Assembly: GCF_000711695.1 (NCBI RefSeq)
Contig: NW_013547015.1
Coordinates: 62,001-126,000 of the forward strand
Reading direction: 5' to 3'
DNA from: Tilletiaria anomala UBC 951
Taxonomy: Eukaryota
Length of the DNA: 64,000 bases
Below, piece by piece: positions 1-13,114 of the stretch (positions are counted from its first letter, which is position 1; every line of letters begins with the position of its first letter). Position numbers and translations under genes: made by a program. Below the pieces are notes generated by a model that was not told the DNA's origin, did no database searches, and saw only the letters and a list, made by a program, of their open reading frames with translations.

Positions 1-2921
1 CTCGACTTCGCAGCCGCATGTGAGCAGCACCAACACGATGACGCACTATCGGACCTCGAAGCGAATCTGCGCTCTGCCGTGCGCTCTGGTCGCACCGAAG
101 CAGCGCACGAGATGGTGCGTATCTGCGAGCAGAATGAAGACCGCACCAATGTCTCGCGCATCGTCTGGGACGCCTTACTGCGTGCGCCGCAAGATTCGAT
201 CAAAAAGGTCCTCGATGCCAAGATTCCCGATTTCACCTTTGTGGACGACATTAACCATCGGACTGGCCTGCACGAAGCGGCTCTCGCGGGGAGCGTCTCG
301 CTCGTCCGTGCTGCTATCGCTAATGGCGTCGATGTCAGTGCGCGTGATATCTACGGCCGGACAGCCGTCTCGTATGCTGCGCTCAACGGGAACGCAGAGG
401 TTTGCCAGTACCTACTCTCGCTTCCTAATGTCGATGCGGCTGCTGTCGACCTCGACGGCTTCTCTCCGCTCGTCCTGGCCGTCATGAATGGCCGAACGGA
501 TGTTGTGCACATTCTGCTCGAGCATGGCGTCAAGGTCGACCCGCTGGAAAGCTCCGAACTCATTCCTCTTTGTCTCGCCTCGCAAGGCGGCCACGCGAAG
601 ATCACGCAGCTCCTCCTCTCTGCAGGTGCCAAGATTTTGCAGAACGCAGAGGGACTGACGCCACAGGCACTAGCGGCAAGGCAAGGCCATGATGACTGTT
701 TACGTCTTCTCCTCGATGCCAAAGCGGACTGCAACGTTGTCGAGAAGGGCGCTCTGTGGACGCCGATTTTCTTTGCAGCTGAGAATGGGCATGTCAAGTG
801 CATCAGGACGCTGCTCCAATACGGTGCCAAGGTGCATGTGGTGGATGAAAAGGGAAAAAACGCGGCGTTCTACGCGGCTTGGAATGGAAAAGCGGAGTGT
901 CTCTTATTGTTGCTCGAGGCCGTTGTTAGGCAGGGCGATACGGGAGATGGAATGGATGCGGCAACGGCTGGGCAGGCAGGGGTATCGAAAGCGTCAACTG
1001 CATCGCAGCGGCCTAAAGCGACGAATCAAGATGTAGACGACATGAACCTGGATGAGGACATCGACGGTATTCCATCGCTTTCGCTGCCTCCGCCGATCAT
1101 TCCCTTCCGCACATACGGACACAACTACCTCGATAAGCACACCCTCGTCTCTGTTTGCCTGACCAACTCATCGGTAAAGCTCTACAAGCAGAATGACACC
1201 AATCGTCCTGAGCAGTTTCCAACCTCCTCTCTCAAGCTCGTGATGAGCTCACGTCCAGACGTGGCCTCCGCATCCGTGATACCGCACAATATCAGTCTGC
1301 CCCTCGCAGAAGATAACGAGGTGTTTTCTTTCCAAGTTGACAATCTCGAAAAGTTCTCCATCGAATGGGAACTGATGCCGACTTTCGGATCTAAGGTTAT
1401 CGGCAAGGCTGTCGCGCTGCCCAGCTCCTTCGAGGGGATGAAGGAGAGGAAGCGCTTTGTCTTGCCTTTGCAGGATATCTACCTGAACGTCGTCGGGGAA
1501 GTGTCGTTCGAGCTCGATTTCGTCAAGCCTTTCGATAGCGTGCAGCTTGAGATTGGTGGCCGTGTTGAGACGTACTGGAAATCCATGCTGCCAAGCGCTG
1601 CGAATCCACCGACAATTCCTGCTAGCGTCAGGATGACGCCCAACGCCGTAGCGACGAATGGCCAATTAGCTACCACAACGGCATCCTCTGCTTCCACTTC
1701 GGCAACGACAGCCATCGCGGGAAGTCAACAGAACTCGCCCCTGTGCGCCGTTCACGGAGCCAATGCGCTGGGTGCTGCAATCAGCTCCTCCGGTGGCGTC
1801 ATGGGCCAGACGAGCTTTGTCACGGCCTCGTCGCTTTCAGGGGAGTATCTCCGTGTTGCAGTGCAAGTAACGCGGGATGATGTACCGATCGTGCTGGCAA
1901 GCGATACGCTGCCTGTTGCGGGTCTGGACGTGTACACGGGTAGTGTCAGCGGAGCGCAGGTTGACGAGCTGGCGAGAGTGACTGGCAAGCAGCTCAAGGT
2001 GACCAAAGAACAGGCAGCGCAGTTGTCGATGGAGGACTGGCAATCAACTCTCACCAACACTTTGTCCTCGCTCAAGAATCTCCTTGAGGTGCGTCTCCCC
2101 AGAGATCGACAAATGATAAAGGGTATGACTAATGCTCTGTTGTCTGCCGTCATTTGAACAGGTCCTTCCTGTCAGCATCGGTATCGATGTTCATGTGCTC
2201 TACCCATCGACAGCAGAAGTACGCGCAAAGCCGAGCATGCAAAAGGCGGAAGTAAACCTTTTTGTCGACGCGATTCTTCGCACTGTCTATGATGCAGGTA
2301 CGCAGTATCGCTCACAAAGCCGAAAGATCATATTCAGCAGCTACAGTCCGACGGTGTGCACGGCGCTAAACTGGAAGCAGCCAAATTGTGGGTGATGGCC
2401 CTTGCTCTGCTCTTTGATCACGTGTACAAGCTAACTGCTTACGTCGCACCTTCAATGTTCACTGCATAGACGCCGTCTTCTTCTGCTCTGACTGCGGCCT
2501 GGACCGGGCAGCAGCGGTGAATGGCAGAGTGCAGCCCTCAACCCGGCATGAGATAGATCCTCGACGGCAAAGCCTGCGTGAGGCTGTCTCGTTTACCAGG
2601 AGCAACAACTTGCTCGGCATCGTCGCCCCATCTGTCTTGCTTGTGAGTGAAAATCGAGGGGCGGACAATCGGGAGTGGTGCCGGACGAAGCTAATCATTA
2701 TCACTCACTAGGACGCGGTTCCCCACCTCATCGCGAGCGTCAAAGCTGGCGGCCTACTTCTGATCACCTCGGGTTTGGGCACTACGTCTCGTTTAGCAGT
2801 TACGCCATCGGTCGCGGCGACAACGATGATTTCGCCTTCGTTTGAAGGCGCTAACGAGGGGGCCACATCGGCGTCGCCGGACGGATACTCCTCTCAAAAC
2901 TTGCTCGTGTGTCGCAGCTGA
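1..2921 (+). CDS. PHO81: Pho81/Nuc-2-like CDK inhibitor (ankyrin repeats + GDPD-like C-terminus), 5'-partial
   Basis: Frame is open from the window start. Ankyrin repeats (GRTAVSYAA, GFSPLVLAV, WTPIFFAAENGH) are followed by LPPPIIPFRTYGHNYLD and FSSYSPTVCTALNWKQPNY. GT-AG introns 2089-2161, 2388-2469 and 2643-2711 keep the frame to TGA at 2919-2921. Confidence 0.88.
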
Positions 2922-3092
2922 GTTCTGTACAATTCAATTTGTACCTTTTCCTTCATCGCAGGGGTGAATTAGATGTTCCATTGATCCAGAGCACCAGCGG
3001 TGACGATCACCATTCTGAGAGAGGAAACTTCTACGGTTCTAACAAGGGCTGCTAGATTACACAGGCCATGCTTACGTTTGCAGGTTTCGGGT

Positions 3093-3830
3093 TCATTCCG
3101 GAGCGACATTACCCCTGGGCGCGCCTCCGCCAATCTCGCTGATGCCTTGCGCATCCTGGCTCGCAGCGCCGACACCGCTTTCGGCCCCCGTGTTTCTACC
3201 GAGACTGTCGAGCATCTTGTCTGGTCCGCGATTGGCGGATGAGACGTTGTTGTTCTGCTCGTTGGTCGGATGAGGCGCAGAGCTCGCTTGCGATGTCCGT
3301 ACGATATCCAAGAGGTTCGGAGTGCATTTGTGTATCTCTTTGTTTCGTTCACCTTACATCAACCTCTTTCCTCACCGGGGGTCTACGCGCTCTAATCCTG
3401 GTCATCGGGCATACCGATGCCTGTGTTTTTGTCCGACTTGCTGCCCAACAAAATGACATCGCCCTCTCTGATGGCCTGCGCTCGCTCACGCACAAAGTCT
3501 GCCGCGCCGCCCAGCTTGATGCCCAGCTGCTCGGCGCCAAACAGGCCATGCGAGGCCTTGTTGGGGCCACCACTGGAATCAGGACCATGGCGTGACACGT
3601 GGTAATTATTCTGCGACCCAGCCTGCGTAAAATGGTAAAAGAAATGAAGCACGAAGGAAGCGAGCAAGCTGGCATCCGCGCCTCTGAACTCGGACCTGAC
3701 TTGCCCCGTCCAAGCCGGAACTCGCGATTGATGACGGAGATGCCTCTGCGCGCATGATGTTCACGGTGTAGGTGTCGCTCAAAGGTTGAAAGTAGTCTGA
3801 GAGGACAGAGCTGAAATCTGGGTGCTCCAT
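3093..3830 (-). CDS. hypothetical ~200 aa hydrophilic protein (tentative 3-exon model)
   Basis: Three short ORFs join in frame via introns 3695-3623 (GT..CAG) and 3414-3353 (GT..AAG). TATATAA lies 45 nt upstream of the ATG. Branch points are weak and no domain was recognised. Confidence 0.35.
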
Positions 3831-3874
3831 AACAAGCCAAAGAGACTAGAAAGAAAGTCTAGGTCACGATCACC

Positions 3875-3881
3875 TTATATA
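3875..3881 (-). promoter_or_regulatory. TATA box candidate
   Basis: TATATAA on the minus strand upstream of the ATG at 3830. Confidence 0.35.
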
Positions 3882-4874
3882 TGGTGCCCCCGAGGAGCTG
3901 CTGTGCTTTGAAAGACGAGATTCTGCACCACCGAGACGCAGCGTGATGTATCTAATTGTGATGCATGGGTCATGGTGCCATCTCTTGGCAGGAGCCGAAA
4001 AAGGGGTGCAGCTCAGTCGACAGCATGAGGTGCCGGAAAAGAAGAGCAGGGGTGTGAAGAGATCGCTGGCCGTTATTGGAACTTGGACGACCTTGGTCTC
4101 GCGCTCCGCCCTTCCCGCCTCCGGAGGTCCGAGTGATGACGTTTTCTGTTCTGTTCGTTCTTTGGTCATCATTGGTCAACCGCTTTTGTGTGGTTGAGAG
4201 GGAGTGGATGATAGACGGCTCACGGCAGGGTGCAAACGACCATAACTGCTGGGAGAAGAAGAGGTGTCCTTGACCTGGACCTTCAGCAGCAGCTGGTGGC
4301 GGAGATGGGTCGGGCCAACGTTCAAATGTGGACCTAGGGCGACCTGTTATTCAGTGGCACTGATCATCCAAAATGGAAGCGCTGCGACCTTTGAGAGGAA
4401 GAAGCTCGATGCTCGAAGGTCGAAAGGTGAGATGCTTACTGTCCCATATCTGACTAACAGCTGGTGTTCCCGAATGTTCTTGTTTTCGGATGACCTTTGC
4501 CCCTTCTACGAAAGGCTGCCAATCATTCGACGACTTCACCTCGACTGTCCTCGATCTCTTCCCAGCAATTTGCCCACACCCCGGCTGCTGCAATCGCACA
4601 AATCACGATGCTCGCTGGGCTGTCCACGGCGCTTGACGCACTGCGGGTGCTGATGCCAATGCTATTATTGTACCAACACCAGTCGAAGGTCTTTATTGAC
4701 CTGTGTTCGCTTCGAGAGCGGATGTCTATGCTACATCAAAAACTTGCTGGTGGGAATTTGTGCTTAGTGATGAGTTCTCTAAAAGGCAATGTGCTCCGAG
4801 CTGTATGCAAAGTGGTTGCGTTCGCTGTCTATTATTGATCACGCTGATGTGATGCTGATAGACGGATGTCGTTC

Positions 4875-7800
4875 TCAAATGTGTCCGTATGGGTCTCTCT
4901 GGCCCCTCGCTTGCTTCCAATGACTTCCGGTATCTTCATCTTCCGGGAGTCCTTGGTACTGTCCTTCGTACTCTGCAGAGAGAGGTTCCGCCATGCCGAC
5001 GTTTTCTCCTTCCTCCTGCTGAAAGCCAGTATATGATGTGGACAAACGACGCATGATGTGGCCCCACGCTGTGGCTTCGAAGTGACTGAGAGCGCTGTTA
5101 CCCTGCGCAGAGTCGCTAGTCTCATCGAGATCCCTGCTTGGTGGAGCTAACGAACCAGCGTCTGCAGATGGCAAACCATTCCATCTGGGCGATGAACCTC
5201 GTGGCGACAGATACCCTGCTGGCCCCGCGCCGTTATCGCTAGCGCTTGTCGGTTCCATCGGCGATAGCGAGCTGTCTCCGTGCTGCAGGTCTTGCGTTGC
5301 AATACCCAGGTGCTGCGGACCACTGTTGCCGTCGTCAAAGCCAGCCGGGGCCCCGAACCGATTAGTGAGCAAGACGTTCGGCAAAGGCGCAGATGGGTGC
5401 AGCTGTCCTTGCTTCTCTGCTTGATGCGCTAAGAACCTGCGCCGGAGGTAGACCATCTTCAAAACGCCACGTACCCGCTCCAAGCTGATCTGATTCTCCA
5501 CCTGCTCCACAACCGCGCGGCGCTCAATCAAGTCCTTCACTTCAAGTGCATGCACCTCGTTGATCAGCTTGTAGCTGGACAAAATGAGGAGCATCTTAGT
5601 GAAGGAGACACCTTTACCCCGATCATCTGCCAGCAGTGCCTCGTGGTAAAGCCGATTCAATCGAGCTCTGCGCCTTCGAATTTCCACCACATCCAACTTG
5701 TCTATAGCGTGGTTGAGATCCTCCACCATGAAGGGGGGTATATCACAGTGGCGTCTCATGTCACGTTGCGTGCGCAGAAACGCGCTGCCGTCGCCTGCCG
5801 CACGCGGGTTGTCGAAGCCAGGAAATGCGGCCGACATGAGTTGTTGCAAGCTGCACTCGCCTTGGTATATCCGCACCTCAAATGCGCCAGATAGGCGCGC
5901 CAAGAATGGTCCAATCTGGTTTCGCGTGATGTAGCCAGAGCGGTGAACATCGTACTCTGCCCACAGCGCTTTGAAGTCGCGGATCTGTTGCCGTGTTAGG
6001 AGGGGCTTTCCGCCAAGCTGAAAGACGTACGAAAAATTCTCGACGACAGTACCAGTAAACACTGTGGAGTGGGTGTGTGGCAATGGGTAAGTGGAAGTCG
6101 AGGGCAGGGATATCCATACGCTAGCTCACTGTTCAGGAAGATGTACATCGAAATGATGTTCCAGGAGATGAAAAGAAAGTACGCCCATGTCGAGCTGCCG
6201 CAGTCGGAGAAAAGGTAGTTACTGTTGGGCATACAGTGCGGCGGATCGAGGGCATAGTCATGCATGTACTGGTTCCAATTCTCGCCTGTCGTCATTCTTG
6301 CCAGGAACACGAAAGATGCCCAGAAGGTGGAGAAGCTTTGAGCGTACGTCTCATTTGGGCCCCAACGTGTCAAGCCGAAAACTTCGAGTAGAAGGATGGC
6401 CCAGACGAGAAAGAGTACCACCCAAAGTGCGAAAAGAGACAAGATTGCCTGCACGACGGAACATGTCAGAGCTGGCTCGCCGCATGTCCTTGATCGGTGG
6501 AGCGACTCACCGGAAGACTGGCGATTGCAGTCTTGAACAGCTGATTGAGGCTGTCGAACTTCTGCACCAGCTTGAAGCAGCTGGCTGTCAGGAATACCTT
6601 TTGCGCATCTTTCATGCCTACGTTACCACTGCCAGCGAGCAGCGGTAATGTGGTGATCACAATACCAGTAATGATGACGACGTCATATGTACTCCACCAC
6701 GTTGCGAAGAAGTTGCGTGGACCCAAGCCTACGAGGCGCACAAAGACATCAACAGTGTAGCAGAACGCGAGCACGAGATAGATAGAGGCTGGTGAAAATC
6801 AAAGTGTATTAGAATGAGGGGCGCGTCGCACGGCTGCAAGCAGATGGCTCACACTTGATGACGTCGGCAAGGCCAGTATCGTCGTAGGTCGAAGTCATCA
6901 AAAGGATTGCATTGACAATGTAAAGCAGGGTGAAAGATCTTGACCACCAGCCACTCTTGTGTATACTCCGCTTGTAGCACCACAAGCGAAATGCGTCCGT
7001 CGGAGGGCTCCTCGGCCGATGCGAAGGCCGTTGCCTGAAGATGAGCCGCTTCAAATCAATCCATTGGCGCTGCTCTGTTGTCAAGAACGCAGCGCCAGAG
7101 AATGTCCGGAAGTTTTCGATGATCACGCTGACGAAAAGTGTCAGGACAATGACGGCACCGATGAGGTTATAGATGACGAAGAAGATTGCATTGACCTGGC
7201 GGTTGTCGTGTTGCAGCTGCTGATCTTTCCCTGCAATTGACATTGCAGTTGACATGACATTGGTCCAACCTGTATAATTTGACAGTTTAACACACGAAAA
7301 ACCACGATAATCAACTCGGGTGAAGGCCACTCACCTTCCAAGCTAACAATCTCGAAGAGAATCAGAAGAGACGACTTGAAGTCATCAAACGAGTAGCGTG
7401 ATCCTTCTGTTGGGTTTTGCCAGACTCTTGGCGCATAGAAGGTCCAGTCGCCAATTGGGCTGGATTGAAACTCCCCAGAGCAGTCGAGTTTGGTAGCGAT
7501 TCCGGCACCCCCGTCATTGCACGAGTACAGAAGTCCTGCAAATAGGTTCTGCCCCCAAACTGCATAAGGAATGATATAAAGGATGGCGAGCACTGCTGCA
7601 TCAATCATCCTTAGCAAGCCGCTTTGGAACATGATCTGAAAGGTTTGACGCATCACAGCGGACAAATTGATGAGGCGTAGCGCACGGACCGCACGCGAAG
7701 CTCTTGCCAAACGGCTCTCTCCGGCGAATATGTTGACGAACATTGCGAGAAGGACAAACAAGTCCAGCAAATTCCAGCCGCTGAGGAGATAGGCGTTAGG

Positions 7801-10800
7801 CGTGAAAATGAAACCGTCCGCGACGACTTTGATCAGAAGCTCAATCAAGATGAGCGTGGCCAGCAGAGCATCCGCAAGAACGAACCACGAAAAGTAGCTG
7901 CTATTCGAGTACTGTATGTCGTACCACTTCCGGTATGCCGGTGTGGCAAAACCAGCGATCGCGATAGATGCAATGATGGAGGCAAGGAGCAGCGCTTGAT
8001 AGACGCGAAATCGCAACGGCGCCACAGGCCTGCCAAAGAGCCTCTCCCCATGGCTCGAAGGAACGATCGACTGGCAAAAGCGTCGAACCGGCGATGCGTT
8101 AGAAAAGATGAAGAGGGACTTGTCATAGCTTGGATACTTGGCTAAGAAGCGTGCCATAAGCATCCGCGGGTCATTGGTGACCCGGGCAGCATACTCTGCA
8201 TCGATATCGGCTTGTGATGGACCTTGCACCCTATGGAGGCCGAGCTCGCCACGCGTCCGGAGCATCCGCCCATGGCGGTCGATACGTTGGAATTGCGCGG
8301 ATTGTCCGGGCAGATCACTGAAGTCCATGTCCAGAACCGATTGTGGCCGCCCGCTTGTGCCAAGCATATCAGCAGCACTGAATGAGCTGCGGCTCCGCCG
8401 GCCTTGTACCAAGTTGAGGTTAATGACGTCGGAACGTTGCTCCAGGCCAAAGTGCTTCCGAGCAACGCGTGCGAAAAAAGAAGCCGTGGTGGAAAACTTG
8501 GCGAAGGTTTGGCCGCCAAAGGTTGGTTGGCTAGCGCCATTTGAAGCGTCGGAGTACCCAGGCTGAGGCCCTCTAGCACGAAGTTCAGCTTCGAATGCCT
8601 CCCAGCGACGCCCATAGGGACTGAGTTTCTTGAATATCTTCTGGCGAAAGCCCTCCTTCGGCGCTTCGTGGCGTTGTAGGTACGCTTCAAGCTGCTTCTG
8701 GCGTTTTTCACTTTCTGCAACCGTGAAATTTTCGTTGATGACAGCAATGAACATTTGGAGCATAATGACTGGTAGACAAATGACCATTCAACCCTCGGTT
8801 CACAACTAAGATACGGAAACGGCTCACAGTTCGAGAAAAAGAACCAGCCGCACAAGAAAATGCCGGCAAGGACCGCCTGATGGAACTGTTCTTCGCTTGA
8901 CAGAACGCTCCATAAGACAGTGGTCCAATTCTCGGATGAAAATATCTGCATCCAACATATGGTGTCAGCACGAGGTTCTAGCGACATCTGTCTAAAGACT
9001 CACTTGGTACATGGCCAGAAAGCCATTGTACGTCTGCTTGAAGGTCATCTCAATCGCTTCACCATCTGGCTCTGGCTGAATGTCTCCACGAAATAATTGC
9101 ATGGCAATGAGACATGCAAGGCCCACCATCAGACCCAAGAAAAGGATCATGTTGAGGAGCCCAGCGACGGAGCCAAGCACTGCCTTCAGCAGATTGCCCA
9201 TTCGCGGCACCGCCAAAATCACACGGTAGAACCTAGCGAGAGAAAAGATGGTGAGCCAAGGGTAGACTGGCGAGAGCTTGACAGCTGGAATCTGCGCGAT
9301 CGATGCAAGGACTGCCAAAGCAAGATCGAACGAGTTCCGCCCGCGTTGAAAGAAGGGACGCCAGCCGCCATCGAGCAGGGGAACGCTGAAACGAAAGAGC
9401 ATCTCGACATCAAACGCGATGGCGAACCACAAATCTCGATCGACTGTGAGAACATCTCGTCAGATCACAGCCAGATGCCTTCGTATTGAGAACAACTCAC
9501 CGACGCTGACCTGCTCCGCATCGGTCCAGTCGGTGGAGCCTTGCAGCGCAACATCTACGACAATGAGCAGAACCCAGAACCACCTGGAGTGCCACACGAC
9601 CTTGGCCCAAATATGGGCTACATGCCTAGCTCGTCTCAAATGGGTGCTTCCCTCCGTATGCGGGACAATATGCTTCTCATACCCAACATTCTCGGCAGCA
9701 AAGGCGGAGCGATTGGTTTGGGATGTGATCGACGCGAATGTGTTGGTGATGACTGCGACGAATAAGTTGGCCATCCAAAAGTTGGTGACGATCAGGCCGA
9801 TAATGAAAAAGATAGAAGCGGCAGAGTAGTTTGCATCTACCATGTCGTACAGTGTCTGTGACCATCCATTGGAGGAGATGATGATGAAGGCTTGCAGAAG
9901 GGATTGGAAGATGTTATCGAACCCTTGGGTGCCAGCCTGAGGGTCGCTACCCTCAATACATGCTTGACCGAGAGGGCATTGGTAGCCTTTTGCTTGTGTC
10001 GACAGCATAGATCCGTCAGGTCGCACATGGCCATACACCTGTCCGCTGAAGGGATCCGTGTATGATCCACAGATCTGGCTCAGTGTCTGGTTTCCGTCAG
10101 TTGGCAGCGTGTTGTTGTTCCACTCAACGATCCACATGCAGGATCGGCGATAACTGCCTTTGAAAGCCTGCGTGCCGATGATGGAGAAAAGCAGAAGTGA
10201 AAAGACAGTGAAGAAGGAGACATTGACCAAGAGCGGTCCGGCCTGTTTGAGGGAGGCGAGGATGGTGGCGGTCCCGCTCGTAATTGCAAGCAACCGCGCG
10301 CATCGAAGCACGGAGATGGCGCGAAAAACGAAGATGTGGTAGTTCGGCGTGATTTCATGATGAACTTGGGCGAGCCAGAAGCACGCCCAGTAGGCGACTA
10401 CGGCGACCATATCAATGCGATTCCAAGAGTGGCGCAAGTACGCATAGTAAGGTGCTTGGGATCGCTGGATCACAATAGCTTCAGCAAATGGTAGCACACG
10501 TTGACGCCGCATCATAAAGTCGTCCGCGGTGGTCTGCCTGAAAGGTTGTGAAAGCGTGCTTTGCATGCTTGTGGAGCCGTATGTTGCCTCTCGTTGAGGA
10601 TGAGAAAGTGTGGCCGCTCGCTCCTGTGATTTCACTTCTACATCTGAGGCGGTCGAAGCTGCAGGCGCATAATCGAAAGGGCGGCCAGTGAAGGTGTTGC
10701 GATTTGGACTGATCTGGGTTTGCCTAGAAGTGTCGAATGCATCTGGTTTGAGCGCTTTCTGCGCAGAACGTTTGAGGGTATCGCCAAAGTATGCAAGCGA

Positions 10801-12568
10801 CTCCAATGTGTTGCTTTGAGAGCCCTCGCGCCTGTGGTGTCCGGATGCAGCCTTTTCTCGGAGCAAGTGAGACGGCAGTGAGGCGCTATCTCCATGAGTA
10901 GCCTTGTCGTCTACCGAGTGAAGTACCTCCGGCAGCGAAGGCGGATTGATGATCAGACCCGACACGATAATCTTTGCCATAATCTCAATCCTGTAGAGTG
11001 GTCCAGCGTGTTTAGCTAGATATCAAGGATCGAAGGCAATGACACACGTACGTAAAAATGCAGAAGATAGCAAGCAAGGCATAATCCTCCCAGTGGTCGA
11101 AATAGCCAGGCGATCTCGGGCGAACGGCGACATCGCGAGCAGATTGAATGATGAGCACGACCGCGTTGAAGGCAATCATGGCAAGGATGAGGGGTTCAAT
11201 CCACCAATGAGAGAGCAGTCTGGCCATGCTGATCCGCACAGGGTTTGTCGACGAAAAGACACCCAAGCTCTTTCCCCTGAGCAAGCTCGTATTGAGTTTG
11301 ACACGTGCTGGTGGGTTGGCAGACCTGTCTTGTTCCCTGCGCACACCATCGCCATCCACATGGTACGCCGGGCCCGCATCTTCGTAGTAATCATCCTCAT
11401 CTTCTGTATCTTCGTTGCCCAGCGGCTGATGCTGGTGGGTGGGGCTGAAAGCTTCTTGACTGCTGTTGGCAACCCGTCGCGATATACGCTTGACGGACTT
11501 GCTCAACTTCACCAAACCTTGTCTGGCATTGAAGAAAGTCAGGTTCTCCCCGCGCACATAAGCGAGCACTTCTGTACTGTTCCGTTGCTGCTGCGGTAGT
11601 TCGCTGCCCTCGACATCATCCGGATGCAACTCTGATGTGCCGCCATCTCCCAAATAGCCTGTTACCGTTTCTGAGTGTCCGCGGGTGAGAGGCGGCGGAT
11701 ACGCGTAAGTATGGTTGCGAGACATTGAAGACGTCTGCGCGTACATCTTTCCAGCTGCAATCGATGCGTCATCTTCCGGAGCATAGTCTGGTCCTTCAAC
11801 ATCATCCCACCCATTGGCACCTTGCCCCATGACCTCCGGCGAAGGATGCGATAACGTGTCCAAGCCGTAGAGGGAAGCAGTCCGAACGAAGCCCGCTTCG
11901 TTCGGTTGTGGTTCCGCAAAAGTAGGTATAGGAAGAACTCCTTCACGTGCAGTACCAAGGAACTGTGCATCTGAGCTGCCCTGTCTCCAGTAAGAAGATT
12001 GAACACGTCCTGCACCTGCCGCTGGCACATCCAGCCCCTTGGCAATTCCGCTTGTATCGGTTCGTCCGATTTCTTTCTGCTCGCCAGATAGTTCAAAGCT
12101 GGACCTTGCTGGTGGTGCGAACACCGATCTCCCCGAAGGCAATTCCTCAAATTGCTGATTGACGAACGTACTTGGCACTCCCGAATTACCTTGCCTTGGT
12201 GTTCCTGGCGTAGAATGTTCCATTCCCAGCTTGGGCGAGTTCGCTTGGCTTGCAGCTGCCAATGGCATTAAAACGGCGTCTGCTTTCTGCGGAGAATCAA
12301 TGGAGCTCAATCTGTGCGCGCGGCTTGCCGAGGCTGAGGCAGACGCCTGCGATTGAACGCCCAATGGCCGCGAGACGTTGGAAGGAGAGCCGAGGTGTCC
12401 GTTATAGTATGAGCTAATCCCTATGGATCCCAGGTCAGAATTAGCAGATGGAAAGGAAGATTCTGCGCTCGACGTGACTGAAATGTGTCGCCCATGCTGC
12501 TGCGCAGAGTCCTGAACAGATCCCTCGTTTTGCCGCGACCACTCCCTCGCCGGGGACCGAGGCTCCAT
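4875..12568 (-). CDS. CCH1: four-domain Ca2+ channel Cch1, 9 exons
   Basis: Four repeats with pore loops IISSNGW / IFSSENW / IVSLEGW / MTTGENW (N-E-E-E), S4-like Arg segments and an EF-hand-like [13 protein letters not shown]. Frame-consistent introns: 11051-10991, 9500-9444, 9003-8946, 8827-8769, 7334-7270, 6852-6789, 6510-6449, 6129-6062. Confidence 0.95.
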
Positions 12569-13114
12569 CTTGGCTGGGAATGAGTGACAAGCCATGCATC
12601 TAATCCATCAGTGCTCAGACACTTGTCTAGCAAGGTATCTCTTCAAGCAGGCCCTTGCTTCTCTGTGAGGCTGCAAGTTGCACCACGGCATGCATTCGTT
12701 GAGCACAGCTTGCGTTTGTCTAGTGAACTTAGCTGTAGGAATGAGAGTTGCAAGTCCAAGGCACCGAGTTATCGCCAGTGCACTCAACTCATTTTTTGGA
12801 TTGGCTGCGCCCACACTCTGAATCTCGGGCATAGCCGGTGCCATTCAAAGACATCCTCACCACAATAGACTGTTCGACAACTCCAATTGTTGGAATTGTC
12901 TTGAAAACAGGCATTGACTGGCGTGGATTCATCAATGCTGCGCATGGCTGTTGTGAATAATTGACGAAGTCGCCCGCTACCATCACCAGATCTTCAGCTT
13001 GGGAGGCACTGCAGGCCTGCAACGTGCGCCATGCTGAATGGGCAGAAAGCAATTGGATCCTGCTGTTGACATCGCTCGTGTCCCTGACTAACACCGGAAC
13101 GCGATGTGTGCAAG

